From the NCBI GenBank assembly GCA_002422315.1, contig DIUJ01000068.1, forward strand, positions 30,882 to 94,881: 64,000 nucleotides of DNA, read 5' to 3'. Below are positions 20,171 to 30,649 of the stretch, piece by piece. The position numbers and the translations under genes are program-made. A model generated the notes under the pieces. It ran no database searches. It was not told where the DNA came from and saw nothing but the letters and a program-made list of their open reading frames with translations. Source of the stretch: Bacteroidetes bacterium UBA6161. Lineage in GTDB: Bacteria; Bacteroidota; Bacteroidia; NS11-12g; UBA955. The number at the start of each line of letters is the position of its first letter. Position 1 is the first letter of the stretch.

Positions 20171-22849
20171 CTAAAGCACTATTATCTTGTGTATTTCAAC
20201 TTTATTATCCATACTGACTTTAAGCAAATATACTCCTGCTGCCAGATTAAAGGTAGTGCGCCCTTTTGCGCTGCTTGTTTGAATAAGTCTTCCATCAACC
20301 GTATAGAGTTCGTAAGCAATATCACCCATTTCAGGAGAATTAGGAGTTGATACAATTGTAACTCCACCGCCAACAGGGTCAATAAGTAAGCTTACATTTA
20401 CCAAATTGTTGTCTTGGATTTTTTCAAAGTATTTTTTTTGGTTTTCGGGTCTAATCAAGGGCGCAAAGTCTTCATCCTCAAAAAATTCAAAATCTTCTTC
20501 GCCATCCATCCCTTCTTCACCGTCTTCTCCTTCTTCACCAGTTACTTCGTCATATTCAATAGGCTCTCTTGGACCATAGGGATTTAAGCCACTTCCACTC
20601 CAGCTACCAGCTCCCGAAAACCTGTAATTATAATAACAGTTTGAAGTTTCAACACGTGATTTGCTAGGGTCATCAAAATCAGTTAAAACGCCTACTTGGG
20701 TTGGGTAAACTTCTGGTTCATATTCAAAAAGTTTCCAAGTGTTAGTACCATCGTAAAAAGATATTATGGTCTTTGAGCCAGTCATAGAAACCACATTTGC
20801 TCCAACTCCAAGATATGAAATTCCAGGTTTGTAGCCAACTAAATCTGTAATACCTAACATTTTTTTAACCATAATGTCATATAAACTACCATCCCTCATA
20901 TAACAGTTGAATCTAATATTTGGACTACCTGTTTGAGTGTAATATAAAACTTGTTGACCATGATGACTTTCTTCGTAATAGACAGGAAAGCTTGAGCCAT
21001 TTGTAGGGTCGATAAATCTAAAGTTATTAGCATCTGCTTGAATACCAGATGTTCCGTTGAGCGAATATAATTGTTCAAACACTTTATTACAATTGCATAT
21101 TTCTATTGTATATGAAGGGGGAGGGGGTTGACAAAAAGTCCATTTATTGCTTCCCAAGTTACATGCGATTAGAGCATCAACAGTAGTTAAACTTAATCCA
21201 TCATAATAATTATTTGCCAAAGGAAGGGTTAAATACTTCGTTGAATATCCTCCTATTCCTCCTCTTCCTGCTCTTCCTCCTTTGATACTAACTTTAGAGG
21301 AAAGAGATTGGTTTCCAGTTGAGTTTTTCATAATCCAAATAGTTCCGCTGTTTCCTCCGTTACCTCCATCACCTCCTTGCGCACCAACGCCACTTAAACC
21401 TGTACCGCCAACACCTCCAGATGGAACAATATCTCCTGAATTACAACCACCTGCTGTACCATCCCCACCATTTCCACCTCTTCCTCCATCTCCACCTGTT
21501 TGTCCTGTCCTTCCGTTTTCTCCATCTACAAAAAGAAACTTAGTGCTTACATTAACTATGTATGATTTTGCTTTTAATAATATTATTCCACCACCTCGAG
21601 CAGCAGGGGCGGCTTTTCCACCAGGGTTACCGTCAAAACCAGAAAAGCCAGGTTGTGCCTGAAAAGGAGCTGGAAGAAATGTTTCTAATGAATTTACACC
21701 ACCATCACCTCCATATCCACCTGCACCTGCTCCGTCACCTCCACTAATTCCAGGCAAGCCTGCATCACCCATTCGCAATGTTGTCCAATTACTAGACCTA
21801 TCAGGGTCACTTGGCGAATATATTTCTACATCATTAAAATCAGTATTTGTGCCTTGATCGCGGTTGCTATCATCTGGCCCCTCTCCGTTATCTCCATTTC
21901 TTATATTAGTTAGTGGATTTGCTGTTAAATTGAGATCATCAAAACTAAATTCTAATGCAGAACCTCCCCCAGTTTTGCATAAATATCCATGTTTATTAAT
22001 ATCATTTATATCAATTGGAGGATCTGTCCCTGCTGGCATAGGAACACCATTTCCTGGAGTATATGCATTATCAATTGGGCCTGCATGAGGTCCACCAGGC
22101 CAACCACCATTTGCTGAAGAGTTTTTTGCTGGAGCTGCATTTCCTACCCCTCCTTGCCCAATTAGAGGAGTGCTACTAGACCAACCAACATGATATCCTT
22201 TTGCTGCAGAATTAATTATACCACCATTGAAATTTAATTCATTTGCAACAATCAATGCTGTAATCCCACCAGTTCCATCTTCATGGTCATAAGGACGACA
22301 AGTTAGTTCTCCTCCTGGATCCAAATCCATATCCCAATAAATGGGAACTCTGCTAATTTGTATTCTATCATTAGCAGTTACTGAGAAAGTCGGAAGCCCG
22401 TAAGGAGCAACAACCCTTAATATTTTTGTAGAACAATTATATGAAACAATGGTAACCCTTGTGTGATTTCCAACAGTAGTGGTTCCAGATGTAGTATGGT
22501 CTTCCATCTGAATCAATAAACACCATTTGTCACTACTAAATGCTAAACTACAAGGATGGATATAGTTTGGAACATCATCCCAATCTTTTGGAGGAGCAAT
22601 TTCAATATCATATATATCTGGAGAAGAACTGACTAGGGTAATATCTAAAACTCTTGCCCTGTTATCATCCGTATATACTTTTGTGTTTATTGCAATACTT
22701 GAAGCATCAACTTCTGGATTTCCTGAACCGGAAGGCCAACCTGCAAACTGACCTAGAACGTTTGAAGCAAAAAACATAAATAATGTTAGAACTGGATAAT
22801 ATTTGTAACCACCAATCTTGCTTTTTAATAATCGTATTTTATTTTTCAT
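20171..22849 (-). CDS. large Gly-rich secreted protein with T9SS type-A (Por_Secre_tail) C-terminal domain
   Basis: N-terminal TM/signal. Long 'GGxGGxGG' tracts. C-terminal 'GVYLLKVSMDNKVEIHKIIVL'. Confidence 0.65.
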   Translation of the reverse strand: MKNKIRLLKSKIGGYKYYPVLTLFMFFASNVLGQFAGWPSGSGNPEVDASSIAINTKVYTDDNRARVLDITLVSSSPDIYDIEIAPPKDWDDVPNYIHPCSLAFSSDKWCLLIQMEDHTTSGTTTVGNHTRVTIVSYNCSTKILRVVAPYGLPTFSVTANDRIQISRVPIYWDMDLDPGGELTCRPYDHEDGTGGITALIVANELNFNGGIINSAAKGYHVGWSSSTPLIGQGGVGNAAPAKNSSANGGWPGGPHAGPIDNAYTPGNGVPMPAGTDPPIDINDINKHGYLCKTGGGSALEFSFDDLNLTANPLTNIRNGDNGEGPDDSNRDQGTNTDFNDVEIYSPSDPDRSSNWTTLRMGDAGLPGISGGDGAGAGGYGGDGGVNSLETFLPAPFQAQPGFSGFDGNPGGKAAPAARGGGIILLKAKSYIVNVSTKFLFVDGENGRTGQTGGDGGRGGNGGDGTAGGCNSGDIVPSGGVGGTGLSGVGAQGGDGGNGGNSGTIWIMKNSTGNQSLSSKVSIKGGRAGRGGIGGYSTKYLTLPLANNYYDGLSLTTVDALIACNLGSNKWTFCQPPPPSYTIEICNCNKVFEQLYSLNGTSGIQADANNFRFIDPTNGSSFPVYYEESHHGQQVLYYTQTGSPNIRFNCYMRDGSLYDIMVKKMLGITDLVGYKPGISYLGVGANVVSMTGSKTIISFYDGTNTWKLFEYEPEVYPTQVGVLTDFDDPSKSRVETSNCYYNYRFSGAGSWSGSGLNPYGPREPIEYDEVTGEEGEDGEEGMDGEEDFEFFEDEDFAPLIRPENQKKYFEKIQDNNLVNVSLLIDPVGGGVTIVSTPNSPEMGDIAYELYTVDGRLIQTSSAKGRTTFNLAAGVYLLKVSMDNKVEIHKIIVL

Positions 22850-22992
22850 AATGACTTTTATTTAGTTAAACTCAACTGTCTAACAAAGACAGTAATTAAA
22901 ATTTCAAATTGAGAACTTATACTCCCAATTTGCTTTGTAATTTTAGTAGCTATAAGAATTGCACGAACCAAAGAAATCATGCATTTTATAAA

Positions 22993-23340
22993 TTCGTTTT
23001 CATAGTCCTTTTTCGGACAGCGAACAATGTGGTAAATAGCTATATTATTAAAATGAGAACTAAAAAGGACAAAACAGCAAATTCTGCGGCAAGCATAATT
23101 GAATCTGCCATAATAGTAATGAACTCTACTGACTTGGTCGGTTGCCGAGCAGCTGTTCTGTCCTTCTCCATGGGGTCTTGAATAGCTAATTCAATTTCCT
23201 ATAGAGGCAAGTTTTTATAAGCTTATTTGCAATACAAATTACAGTTAATAAACATTAGATTACCAAACATATTGAATGAATAAAACAAATTTCAGGAAAT
23301 TCCCTGAGATAAACTCTCAGGAAATTTCCTGAATATTTTT
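22993..23340. repeat. direct repeat copy 1 (~345 bp) ending in a 40-bp hairpin + T-run
   Basis: About 95% identical to 28397-28740. Contains 'ttcaggaaattccctgag ataaact ctcaggaaatttcctgaa' followed by 'tatttttt'. Confidence 0.85.
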
Positions 23341-23751
23341 TAATTTAACTCCTGTTTTAAGGAGTATTTATATTTCATTTCATAGTAAAAAAATAAAAAC
23401 TATGACTCTGCCACTCACCTGTAATTGTAAAAATTGGACTGTAAAACAAAAAATAGTTCTTAATACTATTGGAATGGTTCAACATGATATTGTTTGATAT
23501 CATTCAGTTGTATTCTAAAACTTGAAGCAGAGAGTGGGTAAATTGATTAAACCTTTACCCAGGAAAATTAATTACTACATTATCAAATGGAAATCTTTAA
23601 TTTCCATTCTTTGTGTAGGGTTTAGCTTTTTGCAAAATTATTCCGCTACCTCATGTTGCAGGAATATTTACTCTATTTTTAAGGAATTTTGAGAAGTTTT
23701 TTCTCTCGTTCCTATTTCACAAGTTGTTAAAAGAAAAGTTAGCAAAGGGAG

Positions 23752-25494
23752 TTATCTCAATAAGTTAAGCGTTCCTCTATATATGTACTTTTTATCCGGC
23801 TGTGTGAAGATATAATATTGTATAATTATGGTATAAACACCTGCTTGGCAGGGTTTGCCATCAAATGTTCCATCCCATGCAGAGCCTAGGTTTTCGCTTA
23901 CAGATAGGATTTCTCCCCAGCGGTTTAGTACACTTATTTGTGCTGAACTTATATTCACACAATTAATAGATAACACATCGTTAAGTCCATCTCCATTAGG
24001 GCTGAAAGCATTTGGAAAACCGCATATATCAGAAAACTCTGGGCAATATTCTTCCAGATAGAATGTATCTCTTACTATACAGCCCAAGCTGTCTGTAAGG
24101 GTAAGATAAACATAGCCTGTGTCTGCACTTGCAAACTCTGTACCTGTTTGATCTGTTCCGTTTATTTGCCAAAATGCACTCACTCCTTGTTCTTCAATAT
24201 GAATCTGCAAACGGTTAAAATCATTGCGGGTATATTTGCAAAGACTGTCAATATGTTGAATAGAATACGCAGGTGTTTCTTTTCCAAAAACATAAAGTGT
24301 ATCATATTCACCATTCCATAAACCAACAATCTGTTCAACTGCTTTGGTTATTTCTAAATGCAAAACATCACTCACAACCTCACTGCCATTTTCTAATATC
24401 CAAGTAATTTCTCTCCCAAAAGCTTCTCTCAACTCAATTTTCTCCCCAATACAAACAGCAGTGTCCTTAGTTAAAGAAAAACTATCTAAAGCGATAAGAT
24501 AAACACTGTCAATAAAGGCATACATTTCCCAATCAGAATATGCTATGCAACTGTCTCTAATTATACTGCATGGGAAGTTAAAGAGCCATTTTATCATGTT
24601 TTGCTGTTCTCTCTTCCAAAAATTACCAATAGTCAAGTGGGTAAAAGTGTCTTCTGCTACAAACTCCCATGAATACTCAATCCATTCTCCTTTGCTCATA
24701 AAAGGCTCGGATATTCTGAACTGCGGGGGGTGAGTGTTAAAAGGGATTTCTGGTGTACCAATGCCCGGTTTATAGTTGACAGGCTGATTTGTAGATAATA
24801 GAATGCCCAGACCGTCAGTCAGATAAGTATTCCATTCTTGTAAAGGCCAATTAAATTGGTACGACCCTGAATTAGGTACGCTCCTTTCTATTTTGACCGT
24901 GTCAGGGATGTTGTTTGTGTCTATGAAGTTATTAGCAGTAGCAAAAAAACCTATCTTATATCTTATTCCTTCTTTTAAAGGCTGTTTCAGAATATTAGTC
25001 ATGTAGTTTGTGTTTAAATTGCTATACATATAACTATTGATTGACATATTTTCAGTTATACTGTCATTGAAGTGATAATAAAATCCACCTTGTGACAAAC
25101 TAATTACAGCCATTTTAGTGCCATGAAAAGCTGAGTCTATATTTGCTAAGTTCACAAATAATCGTGAGCTATTATCAAACAGAAAAGGGTGAGAATGGCT
25201 GTGATAGGATTCTGTTATCGGCATGTTACTAAGGGGGTAAAAAGTATCTGGCAGGTTATTTCCTCCGCAATCCCCAAAGGCGTTGGGTGAAGCGCATGAG
25301 CTCCAGTAATCGGCATATTGGATGTTCGCAAGTGGAGGACGAGAATACCAGTCGGGATAACTTAACTTACCCCAAAAATGCTGCTGTTCGAAACTGCCAT
25401 TCTGCACAAGGTTTTGTGCAGTAATTGGCAAGGACAGCAGCAGAACAACTGCTGCTGCCACAAACCTATTAATTATTGCCGATTGATAGCGCAT
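23752..25494 (-). CDS. secreted protein with T9SS type-B (CHU_C) C-terminal domain
   Basis: Signal peptide. C-terminal 'FPNAFSPNGDGLNDVLSI...GVYTIIIQY'. Confidence 0.65.
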   Translation of the reverse strand: MRYQSAIINRFVAAAVVLLLSLPITAQNLVQNGSFEQQHFWGKLSYPDWYSRPPLANIQYADYWSSCASPNAFGDCGGNNLPDTFYPLSNMPITESYHSHSHPFLFDNSSRLFVNLANIDSAFHGTKMAVISLSQGGFYYHFNDSITENMSINSYMYSNLNTNYMTNILKQPLKEGIRYKIGFFATANNFIDTNNIPDTVKIERSVPNSGSYQFNWPLQEWNTYLTDGLGILLSTNQPVNYKPGIGTPEIPFNTHPPQFRISEPFMSKGEWIEYSWEFVAEDTFTHLTIGNFWKREQQNMIKWLFNFPCSIIRDSCIAYSDWEMYAFIDSVYLIALDSFSLTKDTAVCIGEKIELREAFGREITWILENGSEVVSDVLHLEITKAVEQIVGLWNGEYDTLYVFGKETPAYSIQHIDSLCKYTRNDFNRLQIHIEEQGVSAFWQINGTDQTGTEFASADTGYVYLTLTDSLGCIVRDTFYLEEYCPEFSDICGFPNAFSPNGDGLNDVLSINCVNISSAQISVLNRWGEILSVSENLGSAWDGTFDGKPCQAGVYTIIIQYYIFTQPDKKYIYRGTLNLLR

Positions 25495-25518
25495 ATTACA
25501 AACAAAGATAGCATAAAA

Positions 25519-28026
25519 TTAATTAACTATAAGCTTATAGCTCGACACATTTCCTTCTTTTGTTATTGTAACAAGATAAGTTCCTTTTGCAAAGTTATTT
25601 GTATTTACTGTGTATTGCCTTAGATTTGTCTGTACCTTGTATATTTCTCTTCCAAGTAAGTCATAAACTACAATTGTTTTGATTTGATTTGGTTCTTGCA
25701 TAACTGCCTCTTCATTAAAATCGTTATCCCTAATTACAAACATATCAGTATGTTGCATGAAGGATACCCATTCTCTATTGTGTTCTTGTATATTATCGTT
25801 GGGTAATACCAGCAAAGTACTAGGGTTTCTGTTAAAATGTATGGTTGGGTCAACATCTGGAACTGGTTCCGGCAAAGTTTCACCTGTTTTTCCAAATTCA
25901 AGATCGTCTTCGTCCATGTATGGATGCCATGCAAAGCAACGTGTTGTATCAATTTTAAACGATTGTGTGGAAGTACCAGGAAACTCATAGAAAATAAATC
26001 TGTCCTGAATAGGAGCATTAATTGAAACATACTTCATTACAGGTAATCCTCCTATTTCACTGAATTTATATTCAAAATGGTCCGTTGTAATAATTTGCTT
26101 ATCCGCAGGAAGAACTATATCACTTCCTGTTAGGGTAGGAAATTGTTTTTGAGGTGTTTCAAGGTTGCTTATAAGGGAGAGAAAAACTTCTTCTGCTTGG
26201 TCTCGTTCATAAAAGCGACATACATACTTAATTCCAGCCCCAATATTGTGGGTTGTTGTCAAAGTAGCTTTAGTAATATCAAACACACTTTGCCAGTTTC
26301 CAGCAGTCCAAGTAATGTCAGTGCCTGAAATTACTCCTGATGCTGAAGCGTATTCTGCTTCGAAGGGATACATAGCCATATCACAGTTGCAATACCATTG
26401 AATGGCACTTCCTCCTCCACTATTACATCTTTCGTAGTCATTTGAGAGATCAATACCGTCAGGTTCCTGCACAAATGGTGGATTAAAGGGTATATGCCTA
26501 AAAGCTCCTTGTCCTCCAAAACCGTTTGATCCTGACTTCAAGTTCACCCAATTCATAGTAAAAGCCATTCCAAAAAAATGAAATTCGGGCTGTGGGATTG
26601 AAGATGCATTGGTATATAAAAAGATTGTCCCACCTTTTCCACCTAAACTGCCATCACCACCATCAGAGGGTGTGCCTGGTTCTCCGCTTCCACCTGTTCC
26701 ACCCGAGAACCAAACGTTAGGGTCCGAAATGCTTCCTTGACCACCAAAACCACCAGCACCTGGCGCTCCCCCCATTTCTCCTGTTTTGCCATGTTCTCCT
26801 TGCTGTCCAGCTGCATTTAGCCATCCATTCATCATTCCTTGATGGTCCGATGAATTTCCCATGTCATCCCAAAAATTAAGAGTTTTAATGAGAATAATGC
26901 CTCCGCCACGTGCCCCTCTACCTGCATCTCCTCCTTTCCCTCCATCATCACCATGATTTCCGTTTGCTCCCATTATGGGGGTTGAATGTCCGGAAGCACC
27001 TCCTGTTCCACCATGCCCTGCTCCACTTCCTCCTTCTCCACCTTTGAATGCATCAAACCCTCCTTTTGTATAACCTGCTGAACCCATGACAGCAATATTG
27101 CTAAAAATATTAGGAGCCCCATAATTGTAGGCAGTAAAAACCAGTGGACTGACTTGTGTTCCAGGGTTTCTATTATTCATTTCGTTGTCTCCTGGAGTTC
27201 CCGCTGTGCCGCTAGTTCCATTTGTACCCGGGTTTGGAGTTAAACAATAATCAGAGTATGGAATAGGAGACAAATAGCCGTCATTGTTATACATATTGTC
27301 TCCTGCTCCGCCACTTCCTCCTTGGCCAAATGTAATGTTCTCAGGATAAAAACCGCAACCTTCAGCTGTAATAACTGATCGATGAATTTTTGTCTGACGA
27401 GCAGAGTAGCACAATACCCCACCAGTATAGCCATCCCAAGGCTTACACCTGACAACTGCATGATTAAGGGTTAAAATATTGAATCTTGGAATCAGTAATA
27501 CCTGCAATCTGGACGATGGATTACCTGGACTACCTTGTTCTGTTTCAAAAGCATAAGAATACTTGCTTACATGAATCTCAACTGGGTTTGCCATTAAATC
27601 AACCCCTACAACATTAAGTTCTTCAAACCACCCACCAGCAACCCCATCACTTCGTTTCATCTGAATAAGCATTGCTCTTTGACCTGATACCGCCCCCCAA
27701 TCACTTTGTCCATGAGAATGTACCACATCTAAATAAAGTATATCGTGGGTGGTTGGCGTTCTATCAACATGTGTGACATGTGCCCTTGTATTATCAGTGA
27801 ACCAATCTATACCAGAAATAGGTAGTGGAGATGGGTCGCTTGGAGTAGGATATCCAGTCATAAATTGTCCTTTGATCAGAGGTGCATGAAAAATAAATCC
27901 AATAAACGCAAGTATAGTAAGTAAATGAAAAACTTTTGTTGGCTTGCCATTGGGATGATGTGCATGTTTGTAAATTTCACTACATGATGCACGGTTCTGT
28001 GATTTCGTAATTTTTTTCATAAGCAT
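25519..28026 (-). CDS. large Gly-rich secreted protein with T9SS type-A C-terminal domain; paralog of 20171-22849
   Basis: N-terminal TM. Gly-rich tracts and a shared 'GGGIILIKT' motif (compare 'GGGIILLKAKS' in 20171-22849). C-terminal 'GTYLVTITKEGNVSSYKLIVN'. Confidence 0.65.
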   Translation of the reverse strand: MLMKKITKSQNRASCSEIYKHAHHPNGKPTKVFHLLTILAFIGFIFHAPLIKGQFMTGYPTPSDPSPLPISGIDWFTDNTRAHVTHVDRTPTTHDILYLDVVHSHGQSDWGAVSGQRAMLIQMKRSDGVAGGWFEELNVVGVDLMANPVEIHVSKYSYAFETEQGSPGNPSSRLQVLLIPRFNILTLNHAVVRCKPWDGYTGGVLCYSARQTKIHRSVITAEGCGFYPENITFGQGGSGGAGDNMYNNDGYLSPIPYSDYCLTPNPGTNGTSGTAGTPGDNEMNNRNPGTQVSPLVFTAYNYGAPNIFSNIAVMGSAGYTKGGFDAFKGGEGGSGAGHGGTGGASGHSTPIMGANGNHGDDGGKGGDAGRGARGGGIILIKTLNFWDDMGNSSDHQGMMNGWLNAAGQQGEHGKTGEMGGAPGAGGFGGQGSISDPNVWFSGGTGGSGEPGTPSDGGDGSLGGKGGTIFLYTNASSIPQPEFHFFGMAFTMNWVNLKSGSNGFGGQGAFRHIPFNPPFVQEPDGIDLSNDYERCNSGGGSAIQWYCNCDMAMYPFEAEYASASGVISGTDITWTAGNWQSVFDITKATLTTTHNIGAGIKYVCRFYERDQAEEVFLSLISNLETPQKQFPTLTGSDIVLPADKQIITTDHFEYKFSEIGGLPVMKYVSINAPIQDRFIFYEFPGTSTQSFKIDTTRCFAWHPYMDEDDLEFGKTGETLPEPVPDVDPTIHFNRNPSTLLVLPNDNIQEHNREWVSFMQHTDMFVIRDNDFNEEAVMQEPNQIKTIVVYDLLGREIYKVQTNLRQYTVNTNNFAKGTYLVTITKEGNVSSYKLIVN

Positions 28027-28396
28027 AAATTTATTTTTTTAAATCGACTTGAAACTCTTTCAAGCATTGTTTAATATAAACGGACAAAAGGGTCTGATTG
28101 TCCAGCAGAAAAGAAACACAAGCTTGTGTCTATTCACTTAAAAAAAGAATCAAACTGTGTAGTAATACCTTGCCAGCCTATACTTTAATTTTGAGGTTAA
28201 AAACGTCAGTGCATTGGCAAAAGTGTGAAGTTATTTGTGAAAACTATGCAGCATATTTTAGTATCTACTGTCTGCAAGCAGTTTCAAATTTGCATTATCT
28301 GCACTCACGAAAAAGGCGAGCTTGGATACTGATTAGAAGAAACGAACTCTGACCGCATTATTTGAATTCACAAAATCTACTTAACTATCATCTATA

Positions 28397-28740
28397 TTCG
28401 TTTTCATAGTCCTTTATCGGACAGCGAATAATGTGGTAAATAGTTATATTATTAAAATGAGAACTTAAAAGGACAAAACAACAAATTCTGCGGCAAGCAT
28501 AATTGAATCTGCCATAATAGTAATGAACTCTACTGACTTGGTCGGTTGCCGAGCAGCTATTCTGTCCTACTCCATGGGACTTGAATAGCTAATTCGATAT
28601 TCCATAGAGGCAATTTTTATAAGCTTATTTGCAATACAAATTACAGTTAATAAACAGTAGATTACCAAACATATTGAACGAATAAAACAAATTTCAGGAA
28701 ATTCCCTGAGATAAACTCTCAGGAAATTTCCTGAAATTAA
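28397..28740. repeat. direct repeat copy 2 (~345 bp) with the same hairpin
   Basis: Aligns base-for-base with 22993-23340. Weaker similarity continues to a shared 'actATGact' start context at 28801 / 23399. Confidence 0.85.
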
Positions 28741-28803
28741 TTAATATTTTTTTTATTTTATGGAGTAATGAAATATCATTGCAGGGTTAATAAATAAAAT
28801 ACT

Positions 28804-29187
28804 ATGACTACACCAAACACCCCAGAGGCACAACCTATTAGTTGGGACGAAGCACAAATCATGATTCAATCTTACCGAACTAAGTTTCCCAACACTTTAG
28901 TCAACGAAGATAATCAACGACTTGATGGTTTTAGAATCCCAGTAACAGAAATTGTTAAAATCATACAAAGTATGCCTTTAGTTCCACATACAGGACCTCA
29001 AGAAGCATATACCTATTGTAAAGATATATTTATGATGCCTGCCGTTAGAGTGAGTGATACAGATCCGGAAGTTGAAGTTTTTACTCTTGTTGTTGCAGGA
29101 ATCGATGCAGATAACAAGATTATCAAAAATGCTGTTTATGAGTACGTAAGACCATGTCCATGGTTTTGCCCCACAAACTTCTTTTAA
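28804..29187 (+). CDS. hypothetical protein
   Basis: 127-aa ORF directly downstream of repeat copy 2. No motif found. Confidence 0.4.
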   Translation: MTTPNTPEAQPISWDEAQIMIQSYRTKFPNTLVNEDNQRLDGFRIPVTEIVKIIQSMPLVPHTGPQEAYTYCKDIFMMPAVRVSDTDPEVEVFTLVVAGIDADNKIIKNAVYEYVRPCPWFCPTNFF

Positions 29188-29191
29188 CTAA

Positions 29192-29854
29192 ATGGAAACT
29201 TACGATGTTTTTCATCTATTTATTGTTTCCCTAATATTCCTTATTGCAATTTTTGGACTTTACAATTATAATCAATTAAGTGCCTTTGGCACATCTTTGT
29301 TTTTCTTTACAGCCTTTCTTTTTATAAGTGAAGCAATAAGCTTTTATTTTGCAATTAGAATGAAATCTAATACAGTGTTTTTTCATATAGTCCCGTACTT
29401 TCATCATTTGTTTATTACAGCTACCTATTTCAGTTTGTTTAAAGGTAATCCGAAATTAAGGAGATTTACAGTGTATAGCATTTTGCTTTTTTTTGCATTT
29501 TCATTGGTCAATACCGTTTTCTTTCAGGATCTAAACCAAGTCCCAACATTAAGCATTATTCTACAAAGTTTCTTAATTATTGTTTATACCTCGATACATT
29601 TTTATGTTATCATTTCTGACTATAAAGGACAAACACTCAGTAAAAACAATGAATTTTGGTTTAGTACAGGAAACCTGTTTTATTACCCCTGCTTAATGCT
29701 GTTATGGTTATTAATAGTTTACCAGAAAGATTATGAACAAGCTTTACCAGGATTCATTTTTTTCTTACTTATTTTGGCGAATATTTTCTTGTATATTTTT
29801 TATTTCTTCGCCCTTTTTACTGATGTAAAAGTTAATAATACAAAAGATAGTTAA
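29192..29854 (+). CDS. polytopic membrane protein (possible detached sensor module of the downstream kinase)
   Basis: About six hydrophobic helices. Ends 3 nt before the histidine kinase ORF. Confidence 0.45.
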   Translation: METYDVFHLFIVSLIFLIAIFGLYNYNQLSAFGTSLFFFTAFLFISEAISFYFAIRMKSNTVFFHIVPYFHHLFITATYFSLFKGNPKLRRFTVYSILLFFAFSLVNTVFFQDLNQVPTLSIILQSFLIIVYTSIHFYVIISDYKGQTLSKNNEFWFSTGNLFYYPCLMLLWLLIVYQKDYEQALPGFIFFLLILANIFLYIFYFFALFTDVKVNNTKDS

Positions 29855-29857
29855 ACA

Positions 29858-30649
29858 ATGAAAAATTTACTAGTTCTATCTGAAACTAACTTTGTAAACT
29901 ATATTGCCATCATTGTTATTCTGATGCTATTGGTATTATTTTCATTGTTCACTTATCTCATTTATAAGTACTATCAAAAACAACAAGAGTCAAAACTTGC
30001 GTTAAAGAATTTGGAAGTAATCCATAAAAAAGAACTACTAAACATGCAAAGTGAAATTACCAAACAAGTTCTGAAAACAATTGGAATGGAGTTACATGAT
30101 GATGTAAGCCATCATTTAGTCATGCTAAAACTTGAAGCAGAGAGTGGTAAAATTGATTTTAGTAAAGGCAGTTCTGAACTTAGTGATAGGCTTGGCAATG
30201 TTTTAAAAACGCTTCAAGGGATTACTAGTTTTTTTAGCACCTTAGACAATGATTTTCTTGATGTTATTAGTAATATCGAAGACGATATAAACCGAATTAA
30301 TCAAAAAGGAATGATAAAAATAAACTATGACAATCAGAACCCAGAAACTCCTGAAAGCCTTTTGTCTAGATTGTATATATTTAGAATTTATCAAGAAGTA
30401 ATTACTAATATTTACAGACATTCCCAAGCCAAAGAAATGGATATCATGTTACTTTCTGACCAAAAAAACTTTATTATGATGATGAATGACTATGGTAAAG
30501 GTTTTGAAACGAATTTGCTAAATCAAACAGAAGGAAAGTTTGGACTTAATAATATAAAAAACAGGTGTGATTCGATAGGCGGATCTTTTTCAATTATGTC
30601 GAAACTAGGTCAAGGTACTAACATAGTAATTAAAATACCTCTAGAATGA
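29858..30649 (+). CDS. sensor histidine kinase, HisKA_3 (NarX/LiaS-type) + HATPase_c
   Basis: One TM helix. H-box 'GMELHDDVSHHLVMLKLE'. G-box region 'GKGFE...FGLNNIKNR...GTNIVIKIP'. Confidence 0.75.
   Translation: MKNLLVLSETNFVNYIAIIVILMLLVLFSLFTYLIYKYYQKQQESKLALKNLEVIHKKELLNMQSEITKQVLKTIGMELHDDVSHHLVMLKLEAESGKIDFSKGSSELSDRLGNVLKTLQGITSFFSTLDNDFLDVISNIEDDINRINQKGMIKINYDNQNPETPESLLSRLYIFRIYQEVITNIYRHSQAKEMDIMLLSDQKNFIMMMNDYGKGFETNLLNQTEGKFGLNNIKNRCDSIGGSFSIMSKLGQGTNIVIKIPLE

Noticed and set aside
21282-21747. Pro-rich 126-aa and His-rich 61-aa plus-strand ORFs
   Set aside because: They are antisense to the Gly-rich tract of the 892-aa T9SS protein (GGN codons read as CCN on the other strand). 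They are not independent genes.
22909-23181. 90-aa ORF
   Set aside because: It falls wholly inside direct-repeat copy 1. The equivalent frame in copy 2 is broken. It is probably non-coding.
20171-28026. Gly-rich proteins as collagen-like or PE-PGRS-type, or as phage tail fibres
   Set aside because: They carry canonical T9SS C-terminal sorting domains and N-terminal signal/anchor sequences. They lie outside the phage-like block. Surface or secreted cargo is the simpler call.
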